Positions 62,673 to 64,000 of a DNA stretch of 64,000 bases are shown piece after piece (the first letter of the stretch is position 1; each line of letters starts with the position of its first letter). The notes under the pieces are model-generated. The model worked only from the letters and a program-made list of their open reading frames with translations. It ran no database searches and was not told the DNA's origin. Both the position numbers and the translations under genes were made by a program. Source of the DNA: the human T2T-CHM13v2.0 reference genome, Homo sapiens; NCBI RefSeq assembly GCF_009914755.1, contig NC_060932.1. One strand, 5' to 3'.

Positions 62673-63465
62673 TGAGGATGGAGCTGGGGGACACCGTGGG
62701 GCTGGAGAGAAGGCCTTGAGATGAGAGTGCATGGCCAACACAGGCTCCCTCAGGGAGCTGTCGCCGGGAGGCCCAGGCAGGGGCATCAGAACTCCATGCA
62801 GGTCCTGCAGCCTCCTCTGAGGCTCTGGTCTCCTCTCTGAGCATCCGTGGATCTTACAGTTGACACATCCAATGTGAGGCAATATTGCAGAGCCATCGAG
62901 AGTGTGCACTTTGGAGCCAGACTGCTCCTCAGTTAGAATCTCAGCTCCACCTTTGCTAGTTCTGTGATTCTGGATGAGTTATCTAACTTCCATGTGCTGT
63001 GCCTTCCTCATCTATAAAATGGGTTCCCTCATAGGGTAGTTAGGATGACTAAATGAGTCTGTGGAAGGTGCTTGGGGTAGTGTCCACCACAGAGTAAAAG
63101 TGTTAGTAAAAACAAAATTAATAAGTAAATGAACACAGAAGTCAGTATGTCATTGATTACTGGATTCACCTCAGCAAGATGGTAAGTTTCCTACCCACAG
63201 ATTCAAAGTCTTTCATTCTGCCTGTGGGTTCAGGGAGGCTTTCAATTAGACCCTGAAGGAGGGGAAACCTGGGCAGAGGTGGCAGAGGTGGACAAAGCTT
63301 GGACATTTGGAGGCTTTGGGGAGTCTGAGGTTGCTGGAGCAGGTAGAGCCTCATGGGGGAGCACATGGCAATTGAGATGGGCAAGGTCAATGAGGCAGAC
63401 TGCAGAGGCTCTCAGGTGCCGTGCTCAGGATGGAGCTGTTTGCAGGGAGCAATGAGCGGCTTTCA

Positions 63466-63999
<534 letters not shown>

Positions 64000-64000
64000 T

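Overview
Primate (very probably human) intronic DNA with no intact protein-coding gene; nearly all ORFs in the track are Alu/LTR/L2 read-throughs or chance. A 63-nt exon with good splice sites at 56654-56716 (+) matches my recollection of ZHX2 5'-UTR exon 2, which would make the window most of ZHX2 intron 1 plus the start of intron 2 (from memory, needs BLAT). The largest feature is a ~6.8 kb decayed HERV-F/H-like provirus (tRNA-Phe-like PBS, MER48-like LTRs, gag-pro-pol remnants, env almost entirely deleted) on the minus strand. It sits inside a MER41A solo LTR with a perfect CTACT target duplication and is itself interrupted by an AluY. The structure least explained by ordinary repeat annotation is a ~375-bp inverted duplication (43111-43485 / 44223-44594): one arm is a reversed copy dropped into an L2, and the arms are ~94% identical in the core but ~70-80% at the edges. 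Also present: about 20 Alus, THE1/MLT1 LTRs, Tigger/MER/MADE1 DNA transposons, a young ~100-bp L1 stub, a tiny poly(A)+TSD insertion of unclear origin, and several candidate cis-regulatory clusters. Subfamily calls and identity figures are by eye.
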